From positions 6,535 to 70,534 of the forward strand of contig DKUO01000023.1 in assembly GCA_002490705.1 (NCBI GenBank): 64,000 nt of DNA, in the 5' to 3' direction. The notes under the pieces were generated by a model that was given only the letters and a program-made list of their open reading frames with translations, ran no database searches and had not been told where the DNA came from. Source of the stretch: Lachnospiraceae bacterium UBA7202 (lineage in GTDB: Bacteria > Bacillota > Clostridia > Lachnospirales > Lachnospiraceae). Made by a program: the position numbers and the translations under genes. Positions within the stretch are counted from its first letter, which is position 1; each line of letters starts with the position of its first letter. Shown here piece by piece: positions 48,885 to 58,600 of this stretch.

Positions 48885-50378
48885 ATGAATTTTATCTGTA
48901 ATTTCCCCTTTTTCTCTATCCTGTTAAGCCTCTTTTCGGGCACTGTCTGCTCCGTGCTCCCCGCAAAGGCAGCGAAAGTGGTAAATCGTGTGGTGATTAT
49001 CACAGTGGGCGTAATGTCTACGATACTTCTGTTATATCTTCTCTCCACAGGCGAAGCTTTCGTCTACTGGATGGGGCACTTTCCCGCTCCCTGGGGCAAC
49101 GAGATCCGGGCTGGCGTGCTGGAAGCAGGCATGGCTCTCTTTTTCTGCATCATCATGTACCTGTCCATGGCGGGCGGCGCACACAAGCTTTACGGTGAAG
49201 TGGTGGAGAGCAAACATAGCTTATACTATATTTTGGTAAACCTGCTGCTGAGTTCTCTGCTTGCACTGGTTTATACCAACGATATGTTTACCGCCTATGT
49301 CTTTGTGGAGATCAACACCATTTCCGCCTGTGGCCTGATTATGATCCGTCAGGTGGGACGCACCATCGAAGCGGCTGTCCGCTATATGATTATGAGCCTT
49401 TTGGGGTCCGGCCTTCTGCTCTTCGGACTCTGCATCATGTACGACCTGACGGGCCATCTTCTCATGAGCAATATCAAAGAATCGGTGGGACAGCTTGTGA
49501 CAAGCGGCGAATATCAGATCCCTCTGATCGTTTCCATAGCCCTGATGTGTATCGGCCTGTGCATCAAAAGCGCGCTGTTTCCCTTCCACGCCTGGCTGCC
49601 CGACGCCTACGGATACTCTACGGTGTCCTCCGCGGCAATCCTGTCCAGCCTGGTGTCCAAGGGCTATATCTTTCTGTTAATTAAGATTATCTACCGGGTG
49701 ATCGGCTTTGATATCTTTAACAGTACCAGAATCATCGACGTACTCTTTGTCTTCGGCCTGATGGGTATGATTTTCGGTTCTATCAGCGCCATAAGGGAAA
49801 ACGACATCCGCAGGATGATTGCTTTCTCCTCGGTGGCCCAGATCGGCTACATTTACATGGGCTTCGGCATGGGGACACAGGCGGGTATGGTGGCCAGTGT
49901 CTTCCACATCCTGTCCCATGCGGCGACCAAATCCCTGCTCTTTATCGCCGCCATCGGTCTTACGGACGTGTCGGGCGGAAGCCGTAAGTTTATCGACCTG
50001 ACAGGTGCGGCCTACCGCAATAAATGGGCCGGAGCCGCCTTTACGGCAGGCTCCCTGTCCATGGTTGGCGTTCCCTTATTTTCCGGATTTATCAGCAAAC
50101 TCCTGTTTTCCCAGGCCGCGGTACAAGTGGAGGGTAAAATGCTCGCCTCGCTGATCGTTCTGGGCATCAGTACGGTTCTGAACGCCATTTATTTTATGAA
50201 AACCGTGATCCGCATTTATACGCCTTTCAGTGAAACGGGGTATTCCGGTATCACTTTCAAAGATATGAAGGGCTACTGCATAGTGCTTGTATGTTTCATT
50301 GTATTAAATGTCATTTTAGGCGTCAGCTCCCAGCCAATCGTGGATATGATCGAGCAGGGGCTTGCCATGTTCGCTTGA
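48885..50378 (+). CDS. Antiporter-like subunit 1 (MrpD/NuoN-type proton-conducting membrane transporter)
   Basis: 497 aa. PFHAWLPDAY...VSKG and IAFSSVAQIGYI motifs. Confidence 0.85.
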   Translation: MNFICNFPFFSILLSLFSGTVCSVLPAKAAKVVNRVVIITVGVMSTILLLYLLSTGEAFVYWMGHFPAPWGNEIRAGVLEAGMALFFCIIMYLSMAGGAHKLYGEVVESKHSLYYILVNLLLSSLLALVYTNDMFTAYVFVEINTISACGLIMIRQVGRTIEAAVRYMIMSLLGSGLLLFGLCIMYDLTGHLLMSNIKESVGQLVTSGEYQIPLIVSIALMCIGLCIKSALFPFHAWLPDAYGYSTVSSAAILSSLVSKGYIFLLIKIIYRVIGFDIFNSTRIIDVLFVFGLMGMIFGSISAIRENDIRRMIAFSSVAQIGYIYMGFGMGTQAGMVASVFHILSHAATKSLLFIAAIGLTDVSGGSRKFIDLTGAAYRNKWAGAAFTAGSLSMVGVPLFSGFISKLLFSQAAVQVEGKMLASLIVLGISTVLNAIYFMKTVIRIYTPFSETGYSGITFKDMKGYCIVLVCFIVLNVILGVSSQPIVDMIEQGLAMFA

Positions 50379-50415
50379 TTCACATTTGCTGTATTATTTA
50401 CAAGGAGGTGAGGGC

Positions 50416-51909
50416 ATGTACCTAATACTTTTATCCATCTTTTTTCCGATTTTGGCAGGCGCGTTTTTGCTGATCCGCTATCGGACGCCTTTGTCAGGCG
50501 AGGCAAAAGCCGCCCAGAGAAAGACTTTGGTTACGCTGACAGGATGCTTTCTTGTCATCACAGCCCTGCTCGTGGTTCTTTCCCTGTTTATAGCAAAACA
50601 AAAGTTTATCCCATTTTATCTGACGAAAACCCTGCCGATTCATTTTATGATCGACGACATAGGCGCGCTTTTTTCCTTGCTGGCGGTTGCCGTCATGCTC
50701 TGCGCAGGCTTTTTCTCCTTTGAGTACATGAAGCACGAAGAGCGGGAAGGCCGCTACTACGGCTTTTACCTGTTGGTATTCGGCGTGCTGAACGCCCTGT
50801 GCTTTGCGGGGAACCTGATTACCTTTTATCTGTTTTTTGAGCTTTTAACCCTGTCTTCCATGACATTGGTGTTACATAACGGCTCAAAAGAGGCGATTAT
50901 GGCCGGATTAAAGTATTTGTTCTACTCCCTCTGCGGCGCGTATGCGGCATTGTTCGGCATTTATTTTCTCTATCAATATACCGGTACATTGAGTTTCTTC
51001 AACGGCTCATTATATGTCACCGCCATAGCGGAGCACGGCGGCTTTCTGCTGGTCGTAGCCTTTGTCATGATTCTCGGCTTCGGTGTGAAGGCGGGCATGT
51101 TTCCCATGCACGCATGGCTGCCCACAGCCCATCCGGTTGCCCCCGCACCCGCGTCGGCCGTGTTATCGGCTGTGATTGTCAAAGCAGGCGTACTGGCCAT
51201 CATTCGAGTGCTCGACCTGTTCGGGGCATGGGACGGGGCATTGAAGTTCCTTTCGGGTACATGGATGCAGACCGCATGGATCTGGCTGACGTTAGTCACA
51301 GTTTTCATGGGATCGCTGCTTGCCTACCGGGAACCAGTTCTGAAAAAGAGACTTGCTTACTCTACGGTCAGCCAGCTTTCCTATATTCTTTTCGGTCTGG
51401 CAGTTATGAACAAAACGGCCTTGAACGGCAGCCTGCTCCATGTGCTGGCCCACGGTTTTTCTAAGGCGGCTCTCTTCCTCTGCGCCGGAGCCATTATTTA
51501 TAAGACGGGGAAAACGCGGGTGGAGGAAATGCGCGGTATCGGCAAGGAAATGCCCCTCACCATGTGGTGCTTTACCATCGCCTCCCTCGGTTTGATCGGT
51601 ATCCCCCCCACGGGCGGCTTTGTGAGCAAATGGTATCTGGCCATCGGCTCCCTGAGAAGCGGCATTCCTGTTCTCGGTGTGCTTGGCCCGGTTATCCTTC
51701 TGGTCAGCGCGCTGCTCACCGCAGGATATCTGCTGCCGCTGACCATTCAGGGCTTTTTCCCCGGCGCTGATTATGATTACAGCAGGCTGGAAAAGAAAGA
51801 ACCCTGTAGGCTTATGACTGTGCCGATCCTGATTCTGACGGTTCTGTCAGTTTTGACCGGCCTGTTACCGGACTTCTATTCTTCTTTTTTGGCGATAATC
51901 GGGAGGTGA
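50416..51909 (+). CDS. Antiporter-like subunit 2 (MrpD/NuoM-type)
   Basis: About 497 aa. PMHAWLPTAHPVAPAPASAVLSAVIVKAG and LAYSTVSQLSYI. AAGGAGG RBS. Confidence 0.85.
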   Translation: MYLILLSIFFPILAGAFLLIRYRTPLSGEAKAAQRKTLVTLTGCFLVITALLVVLSLFIAKQKFIPFYLTKTLPIHFMIDDIGALFSLLAVAVMLCAGFFSFEYMKHEEREGRYYGFYLLVFGVLNALCFAGNLITFYLFFELLTLSSMTLVLHNGSKEAIMAGLKYLFYSLCGAYAALFGIYFLYQYTGTLSFFNGSLYVTAIAEHGGFLLVVAFVMILGFGVKAGMFPMHAWLPTAHPVAPAPASAVLSAVIVKAGVLAIIRVLDLFGAWDGALKFLSGTWMQTAWIWLTLVTVFMGSLLAYREPVLKKRLAYSTVSQLSYILFGLAVMNKTALNGSLLHVLAHGFSKAALFLCAGAIIYKTGKTRVEEMRGIGKEMPLTMWCFTIASLGLIGIPPTGGFVSKWYLAIGSLRSGIPVLGVLGPVILLVSALLTAGYLLPLTIQGFFPGADYDYSRLEKKEPCRLMTVPILILTVLSVLTGLLPDFYSSFLAIIGR

Positions 51910-51913
51910 TAGC

Positions 51914-53377
51914 ATGATTATTTCAGTGATTATAATTCCTTTCATAGTGGGAATCTTAGTGCCTGTCATCCCCTTTCAAAAAAGATGGCAGAAGGAAATT
52001 TTCCTTGAAACAGCGGTTGTGGTCAACAGTATTCTGGTATGGTATCTGCTCCTGCACCATTCGGACAGCACCTTCCTGTTGGCGCATTTTACAGGCGACT
52101 TAAATATCAGCTTCCGGGTGGACGGCATGAGTATGGTGTTTGCCGGGCTGGTCTCCTTTTTGTGGCCTTTCGCAACGCTCTATTCCTTTGAATATATGAC
52201 AAAGGAGAAAAACGAAAATATTTTCTTCCTGTTTTATACGCTGACTTACGGCGTAACGCTGGGAATTGCCTTTGCAGCCAATCTGCTGACGATGTATTTC
52301 TTCTATGAGCTGTTAACCCTTGTCACCGTGCCTCTTGTGATGCACACACTGACCCGTGAAGCAGTCCTGGCCAGCCGCAAGTATTTATACTATTCACTTG
52401 GCGGCGCGGCCTTCGCTTTCATCGGCCTGATCATGGTGATCGTCTACGGAAACACAACGGACTTTATTTTGGGCGGCGTGTTCGATCCCGCTAAGATCGC
52501 GGGACATACCAACGTGCTGCTGTTAATCTATGTCATGGCTTTTATGGGCTTCGGCGTGAAGGCTGCTGTCTGTCCCTTCAACTCCTGGCTCCCGCAGGCC
52601 GGTGTGGCTCCCACGCCCGTCACCGCGCTGCTCCATGCAGTTGCCGTGGTAAAAGCCGGCGCTTTCGCTATCCTGCGCTTGACTTACTACAGCTTCGGCA
52701 CAGAGTTCCTGCGAGGCACATGGGCCCAGGCAGTAGTCATGATCGTCGTCATGTTCACCATTGTTTACGGCTGTAGCCGGGCGGTAAAAGAAACACATAT
52801 CAAGAGACGGCTGGCTTACTCCACCATCAGCAACCTTTCCTATATCCTCTTCGGCGCGGTCATTATGACGCCGCTTGGGATGGCGGGTGCCCTGACGCAT
52901 CTGGTGTTTCATGCCCTCATGAAGATCAGCTCTTTCTTCTGCGCGGGCGCGATCATGCACCAGACAGACCGCCACTATGTACACGAGCTGGACGGCTTTG
53001 GCTACAAAATGCCTTGCACCTTCGGCATTTTTACCATTTCGGCCTTTGCCCTCATGGGCGTTCCGGGGCTGGCAGGTTTCATCAGCAAATGGAATCTGGC
53101 CGAAGCGGCGGTGGAAAGCGAAAACCCGTTAGCATGGGGCGGCATTGCCTGTCTCCTGGTTTCCGCCCTCCTCACGGCCATCTATATGCTTACCATTGTG
53201 GTACGGGCATTTTTTCCGGGAAAGGATTTTGACTATCATGCGATTGCTGACGTAAAGGATCCCAATTGGAAGATGCTGCTGCCGCTGTTTGTATTTACGG
53301 TCTGCATCATCGGCTTCGGCCTTTGTTCCCAGCCAATCGTAGACTTCTTCATGTGTGTGGCGAACGGAACCGAATAA
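51914..53377 (+). CDS. Antiporter-like subunit 3 (MrpD/NuoM-type)
   Basis: 487 aa. PFNSWLPQAGVAPTPVTALLHAVAVVKAG and LAYSTISNLSYI. Confidence 0.85.
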   Translation: MIISVIIIPFIVGILVPVIPFQKRWQKEIFLETAVVVNSILVWYLLLHHSDSTFLLAHFTGDLNISFRVDGMSMVFAGLVSFLWPFATLYSFEYMTKEKNENIFFLFYTLTYGVTLGIAFAANLLTMYFFYELLTLVTVPLVMHTLTREAVLASRKYLYYSLGGAAFAFIGLIMVIVYGNTTDFILGGVFDPAKIAGHTNVLLLIYVMAFMGFGVKAAVCPFNSWLPQAGVAPTPVTALLHAVAVVKAGAFAILRLTYYSFGTEFLRGTWAQAVVMIVVMFTIVYGCSRAVKETHIKRRLAYSTISNLSYILFGAVIMTPLGMAGALTHLVFHALMKISSFFCAGAIMHQTDRHYVHELDGFGYKMPCTFGIFTISAFALMGVPGLAGFISKWNLAEAAVESENPLAWGGIACLLVSALLTAIYMLTIVVRAFFPGKDFDYHAIADVKDPNWKMLLPLFVFTVCIIGFGLCSQPIVDFFMCVANGTE

Positions 53378-53431
53378 GACACGAAACTATTTTTCGCATC
53401 GGATAAAATATAGATTGGAATGGAGATTACC

Positions 53432-55597
53432 ATGAATGTTACGTTGATGATTACCAGTATCGTTTTCCTGCCTATGATCGCCGCCTTTCTCAGCTACGGC
53501 GTCGGGCGAAAACACAAAGACGGAAGGAACTACTTTGCCGATATCATAACAGGCGTTACTTTCGTTCTCTGTGCCACCCTGACGATTCATGTCATGACAG
53601 GCGCTGCGACGGGAATTGACATTACGATTCCCTACATCTGCGGTATGGGAATACAATTTACCCTTGACGGTTTTCGCGCGTTGTACGGAACTGTCGCCGC
53701 TTTCATGTGGTTTATGACCACCCTTTTTTCGAGGGAATATTTCGGACACTACCGCAACAGAAACCGCTACTATCTGTTTCTGCTGCTGACCCTCGGCGCC
53801 ACAGAAGGTGTTTTCTTCTCGGCAGATTTCTTTACTACGTTTCTTTTCTTTGAAATCATGTCGTTTACTTCCTATGTCTGGGTGGTGCACGACGAGAGGC
53901 CGGAATCCCTGCGGGCGGGCGCAACCTACCTGGCCGTAGCCGTTCTCGGCGGTCTGGTAATGCTGATGGGTATTTTCCTGCTCCAAAGCACAGTCGGCAG
54001 CCTCCGCTTTTCGGATCTGGCCGAGCTGACCGCCTTTTATTCGGAAATGAATTCGCCATCCTCCCCCTACGCCCGCCGGGGCGTTGTACGAATCTGGGCC
54101 GCCGGACTCTGTCTCCTGTTTGGCTTCGGCGCAAAAGCAGGCGCCTTCCCGCTCCATATCTGGCTGCCAAAGGCCCATCCCGTGGCTCCCGCTCCGGCCT
54201 CGGCCCTGCTGTCCGGTATTCTGACCAAAGCAGGAATGTACGGCATTTTAATTCTAACGGTAGACCTCTTTTTCGGGAACGCGGCCTGGGGCGGCCTGTT
54301 GCTGATTCTGGGCGTCTTTACCATGGTGATCGGCGCGCTGTTGGCCCTGCTTTCCATCGACTTAAAACGAACGTTAGCCTGTTCCTCCGTCTCCCAGATC
54401 GGCTTTATTCTAGTGGGCGTCGGTATGTCGGGACTTCTCGGCTCAAAAAACGCGGCGGCGCTTCGCGGAAGTCTCCTGCACATGGTAAACCACTCCCTGA
54501 TCAAGCTGGTACTGTTTATGGCGGCGGGCGTGGTCTTTATGAACCTTCATAAGCTTGACTTGAATGAGATTCGCGGCTTTGGCCGTAAAAAGCCTCTGCT
54601 CAACTATATTTTCCTGATGGGCGCGTTGGGGATCGGCGGTATGCCGCTCTGGAACGGTTATATCAGCAAAACCCTGCTTCATGAAAGCATCGTGGAGTAT
54701 ATGTTCCTAACTAACGCGAGCGTGATCCCCGCATTCTTCAGTACCTCGTTTATGAGCGGCATCGAGTGGATTTTCTTAATCAGCGGCGGCCTGACCATCG
54801 CCTACATGGTCAAGCTCTACGCCTGCCTTTTTCTTGAGAAAAACACGGACGATGCCCTGCAGAAACAATATGACGACCTGAAAGGGAAATATATGAACCG
54901 CACAAGCGCGTTTGCGCTCACCGTAAGCGCCACCCTGCTGCCGGTTATGGGACTTCTTCCGAATATTGTGATGGACGGCATCGCCGATATGGGACAGGAT
55001 TTCCTGCGCATGGAAGCCTCCGAAAAGATCACCTACTTCTCCTTCGAAAACTTGAGAGGCTCTTTTATCTCTCTGGTGTTCGGCGCGTTGATCTACGGCT
55101 TCATCGTTCGTCCGCTTTTGATGAAAAAGGAGAGTTCCGATGAAAACAAAACGGTTTGTAAATATTATGTAAACCGTTTGCCGGCCTGGATGGATTTGGA
55201 AAACATCATTTACCGGCCCCTGTTACTGCGAATCCTGCCCTTTACCTTCGGTATGATCTGCCGTTTCCTTGACAGCTTTGTGGACACCCTCGTGGTGATT
55301 CTCAGAAAAACCATTTATCGGGATGAGAAGCTTCCCCACGAACGTCCTGAGGGCAACGCCCTGACACATCTGGGCGCTTGTACTGCCTCCCTGTTTGAGA
55401 GGCTCGGCAATCTTACCATACACAGAAAAGCGCCCCGAAAACGAGACTACGAGCACAAATTGGCCCTGCTTTACGAGGAGTATCAGGAGAACTCTACCAT
55501 GATCGCCAGAAGCATGTCCTTCGGGCTGCTACTCTTCTGCGTGGGATTGATTTTGACGGTAGCCTATCTGTTTATCAAGGATGTGTTTGGATGGTAA
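53432..55597 (+). CDS. Antiporter-like subunit 4 (MrpA/NuoL-type) with a C-terminal lateral-helix-like extension and terminal TM helix
   Basis: About 721 aa. PLHIWLPKAHPVAPAPASALLSGILTKAG and LACSSVSQIGFI. The C-terminal extension of about 230 aa ends in a TM helix (FGLLLFCVGLILTVAYLFI). Confidence 0.82.
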   Translation: MNVTLMITSIVFLPMIAAFLSYGVGRKHKDGRNYFADIITGVTFVLCATLTIHVMTGAATGIDITIPYICGMGIQFTLDGFRALYGTVAAFMWFMTTLFSREYFGHYRNRNRYYLFLLLTLGATEGVFFSADFFTTFLFFEIMSFTSYVWVVHDERPESLRAGATYLAVAVLGGLVMLMGIFLLQSTVGSLRFSDLAELTAFYSEMNSPSSPYARRGVVRIWAAGLCLLFGFGAKAGAFPLHIWLPKAHPVAPAPASALLSGILTKAGMYGILILTVDLFFGNAAWGGLLLILGVFTMVIGALLALLSIDLKRTLACSSVSQIGFILVGVGMSGLLGSKNAAALRGSLLHMVNHSLIKLVLFMAAGVVFMNLHKLDLNEIRGFGRKKPLLNYIFLMGALGIGGMPLWNGYISKTLLHESIVEYMFLTNASVIPAFFSTSFMSGIEWIFLISGGLTIAYMVKLYACLFLEKNTDDALQKQYDDLKGKYMNRTSAFALTVSATLLPVMGLLPNIVMDGIADMGQDFLRMEASEKITYFSFENLRGSFISLVFGALIYGFIVRPLLMKKESSDENKTVCKYYVNRLPAWMDLENIIYRPLLLRILPFTFGMICRFLDSFVDTLVVILRKTIYRDEKLPHERPEGNALTHLGACTASLFERLGNLTIHRKAPRKRDYEHKLALLYEEYQENSTMIARSMSFGLLLFCVGLILTVAYLFIKDVFGW

Positions 55598-55611
55598 TAT
55601 GCCTGACAGAC

Positions 55612-55648
55612 AAAACGGGTGTGTGGCTCCTCCACACACCCGTTTTTT
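55612..55648. terminator. Bidirectional intrinsic terminator between the convergent mrp and GLUG-protein operons
   Basis: AAA + ACGGGTGTGTGG-CTCCT-CCACACACCCGT + TTTTT (12-bp perfect stem). Confidence 0.85.
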
Positions 55649-55668
55649 GATCTCCGTTTTGCTTTTTC

Positions 55669-58600
55669 CTACTCGGTATCTGCCGCACCGTCCTCGTTTT
55701 CTTCGGCGATTTCGGTCTGCACTTTCTTTTCCCTGCGCTTCTTCCTCTTCTTATGTACAATCAGGACAATCAACAAAATCAGCACCACAGCGCCCGCAAC
55801 GATAAAGACGATATAATCCATAATACCCTTCTGCGTCACACTGACCGCAATCTTCACGCTGTTTCCTTCCGCCGGGAAGAGGAAGTAAATGCCCATAAGC
55901 TCTGTCTCCGCTTTCTTCCAACCGACAGCACCCGTATCCTGTACATAGATTTCCACGCCCTCAGTCTGGCCCTGAGGCGCCTGATAGCGGATCTGATGAG
56001 TCTTTGCACCGTCGTCGGGAATCTCTATCTGCCAGCATTCCGTCAATTCCTCCGGCTCTTGTGCATCAGGCAGGCTCACCTGCACGTCAGTCGTTCCCAG
56101 CTTATCAACCGTTATCTCGTCCTCCTGTGCGAACATACCGTCCACCAGAAGGGAGGACTGGTTATTCTCCCGCATCCAGCTCCCTGCCAGCGTGGTCAAA
56201 TAGCGCACATACTCTACCGTCACATCTTCATCAACCCGGACATCCACCAGCTCCTTGTTGTCCCAGTCTGCGTAAAACCCTTCCTTGGCGGGAATGGTCG
56301 GATATTTGTCCAAAGCAACGCTGCCGCCAAAAGGACACTCCGCTGTCCCTACTTCCTCATCATCAGCATAAAAAGTGATCTTCATATTGCGGAATTTGGT
56401 GGGAATCCCCTCCATTTCCAGAAGCGTCTTATAGCTTACAGGCTCCGCCATTCCGCTGTAGCTGATCCGGTCGATGCCGGCAATCTCATCCGAGACGAAG
56501 AAGTTTTCCGCAATCTCCGCATTGTCCGTAACCTTACCGGCAATCGCGCCTGAAAAAGCTTCAGCCTCCTTCACCTTTACCATTGCACAACAGTTTTCTA
56601 TTCCATATCCATATCCCACAATACCGGCCACGTATTCTCCGCCGGAAACCGTGCACTTCGCATAACTGTTCTTGATATGGGAGATGGACTGGCCCGCAAT
56701 GCCGCCCACATAATCTCCTGATGTGCTCTCGATCCTGCCGTAATTTTCACAACGCAGCACCATGCCCATCTCCTGTAGGCCGCAGACACCGCCCACGTAG
56801 CTCTTCTGCGCCGTGACATTCGCCTGATTCACATTCTGTCTAAGCACGCACCTTGTAAGGAAAGTAGAGTTTGCTCTGGCATCATCGATTCCCGTTACAT
56901 CGCTCTCCAAATCAAAATCATACTCAATCGCCATAGTACCGGCAATACCGGACACATTCAGATCCGCTTCCACCCTGCCATTGTTCACACAGTCAGCAAC
57001 CGTAGAATCTATACACTCCTCCGCGTTCTCTTCCGATTCATCCTCATAGATATTGGAGTAATCCATATCCAGCACGCCGTCCATGGCATCCGTATACAGC
57101 CGCATAATCTCGCTGAACTCGTCGTTGATATTGGACAGATCGTCGCCGATCACATCCCCGGAGGAGGCCATCTCGTCATTCAGATATCCCATGTTCTCGG
57201 AGATATTTTTTAAATTGGAGTTGAGACTTCCCGTGGTGGAATGATAATCCTCCCCCAGTCTGGGAAAGACGATATCCTCCTTGTCGTTTAATGTTTTGAG
57301 GATATCCTTTGTGCCCTCTCCCGCATCCTCCAGATTGCCCGCGGCATCCTTCGCGGAATCCACCGCGTCGCCCAACTGGTCTCTCGCCGCATCTGTCATT
57401 TCTCCTGTATACCTTGCCGCAATATCCGTCATAGTCGCCAGCTGGTTTTGCATATAATCAGCATACTCTACGCCATATTTATTTCTGAACTGATCATCCG
57501 CATAACGGCTCGCAGCCCTCGCAATCGCCGAAGCATTACCGGCCATCTGCTCAGCCACCCAGCTTTCCACCTCCTGATCCGCAGCCGCCCGCTCGCTGCC
57601 ATCCGACAAAGGAAAACTCTGTCCATCTGAGTTATGCACCCAGCCAGAAATAGAAAGATAAACACTGCCGGCCGTCAACACATCATTAAAATCGTCATTT
57701 GCGCCGGGTCTTGAAGCGCCCACAGGCTCCAAATCGCTTTCCCAGTTATTCATCATGTCGCTGCCATCATTGATTTTTTTGGCAATATAATAATGCTCAT
57801 ACGCCGCCGTCCCATCTGCGGCATATCTGGCATGCTCTTTCCCGCCGTTTTCAATGGCCGCTTTGGCGTCGTCATACAGCACCTGCTCCTCCGGCGGCAT
57901 GTACTGGTAGATATCCATGGCCTGCACCATGTCTCCCAGCTCCTTCGCCGTATCTTTCACATCCGATGCCGCGTCCGTCATATGGTCGATCACGCCGTCG
58001 TCCTTCGCCGTCTCGTCCAACACATAGTCAAAACGGTTCACCGCCTCGTTGACAGAATCCATCATGCTGTCCGTCCAATCGATGGTTCTGTCCGCCAACA
58101 CATGGGTATCGTCAATAGCTCTGTCCGCAAAATCACGAATCACAGAGAGCCTGTTGGAAATCATATCCGACTGATCTCCCGCATCGTCCAGCATCTTTTC
58201 AATCTGATCGTGCATGGTATCAATGTGATCCGAAAGCTGGAGCACAATATCCTCCGACAAATCAATCGCTATGTAAGGCTCCGCCTGCCCCACGATACCG
58301 CCCACATCCTTACGGCCATAGACTCTTCCCTTGTTCGCGCAGGCGTACACATAACCGGACTGTCTGCCCACGATGCCGCCTGTATTGTAACCCACATGCT
58401 CGTAGCCGATCGTACCCTCGTTCACGCAGTTTTGTATGATTCCCGTGGAAAGACCGGCTATACCGCCCGAATCCACTGTATTGTCCGTGGTGGAGAGCTT
58501 GCTGCCTTTCTCGTCCTCCTCCTTGTCAAGAGCGGTGAAAATCCCGGTTGTGTACTGCTCCAAACTGATATCTTCCAGAGACTTCGCCGTATCCTCGTTG

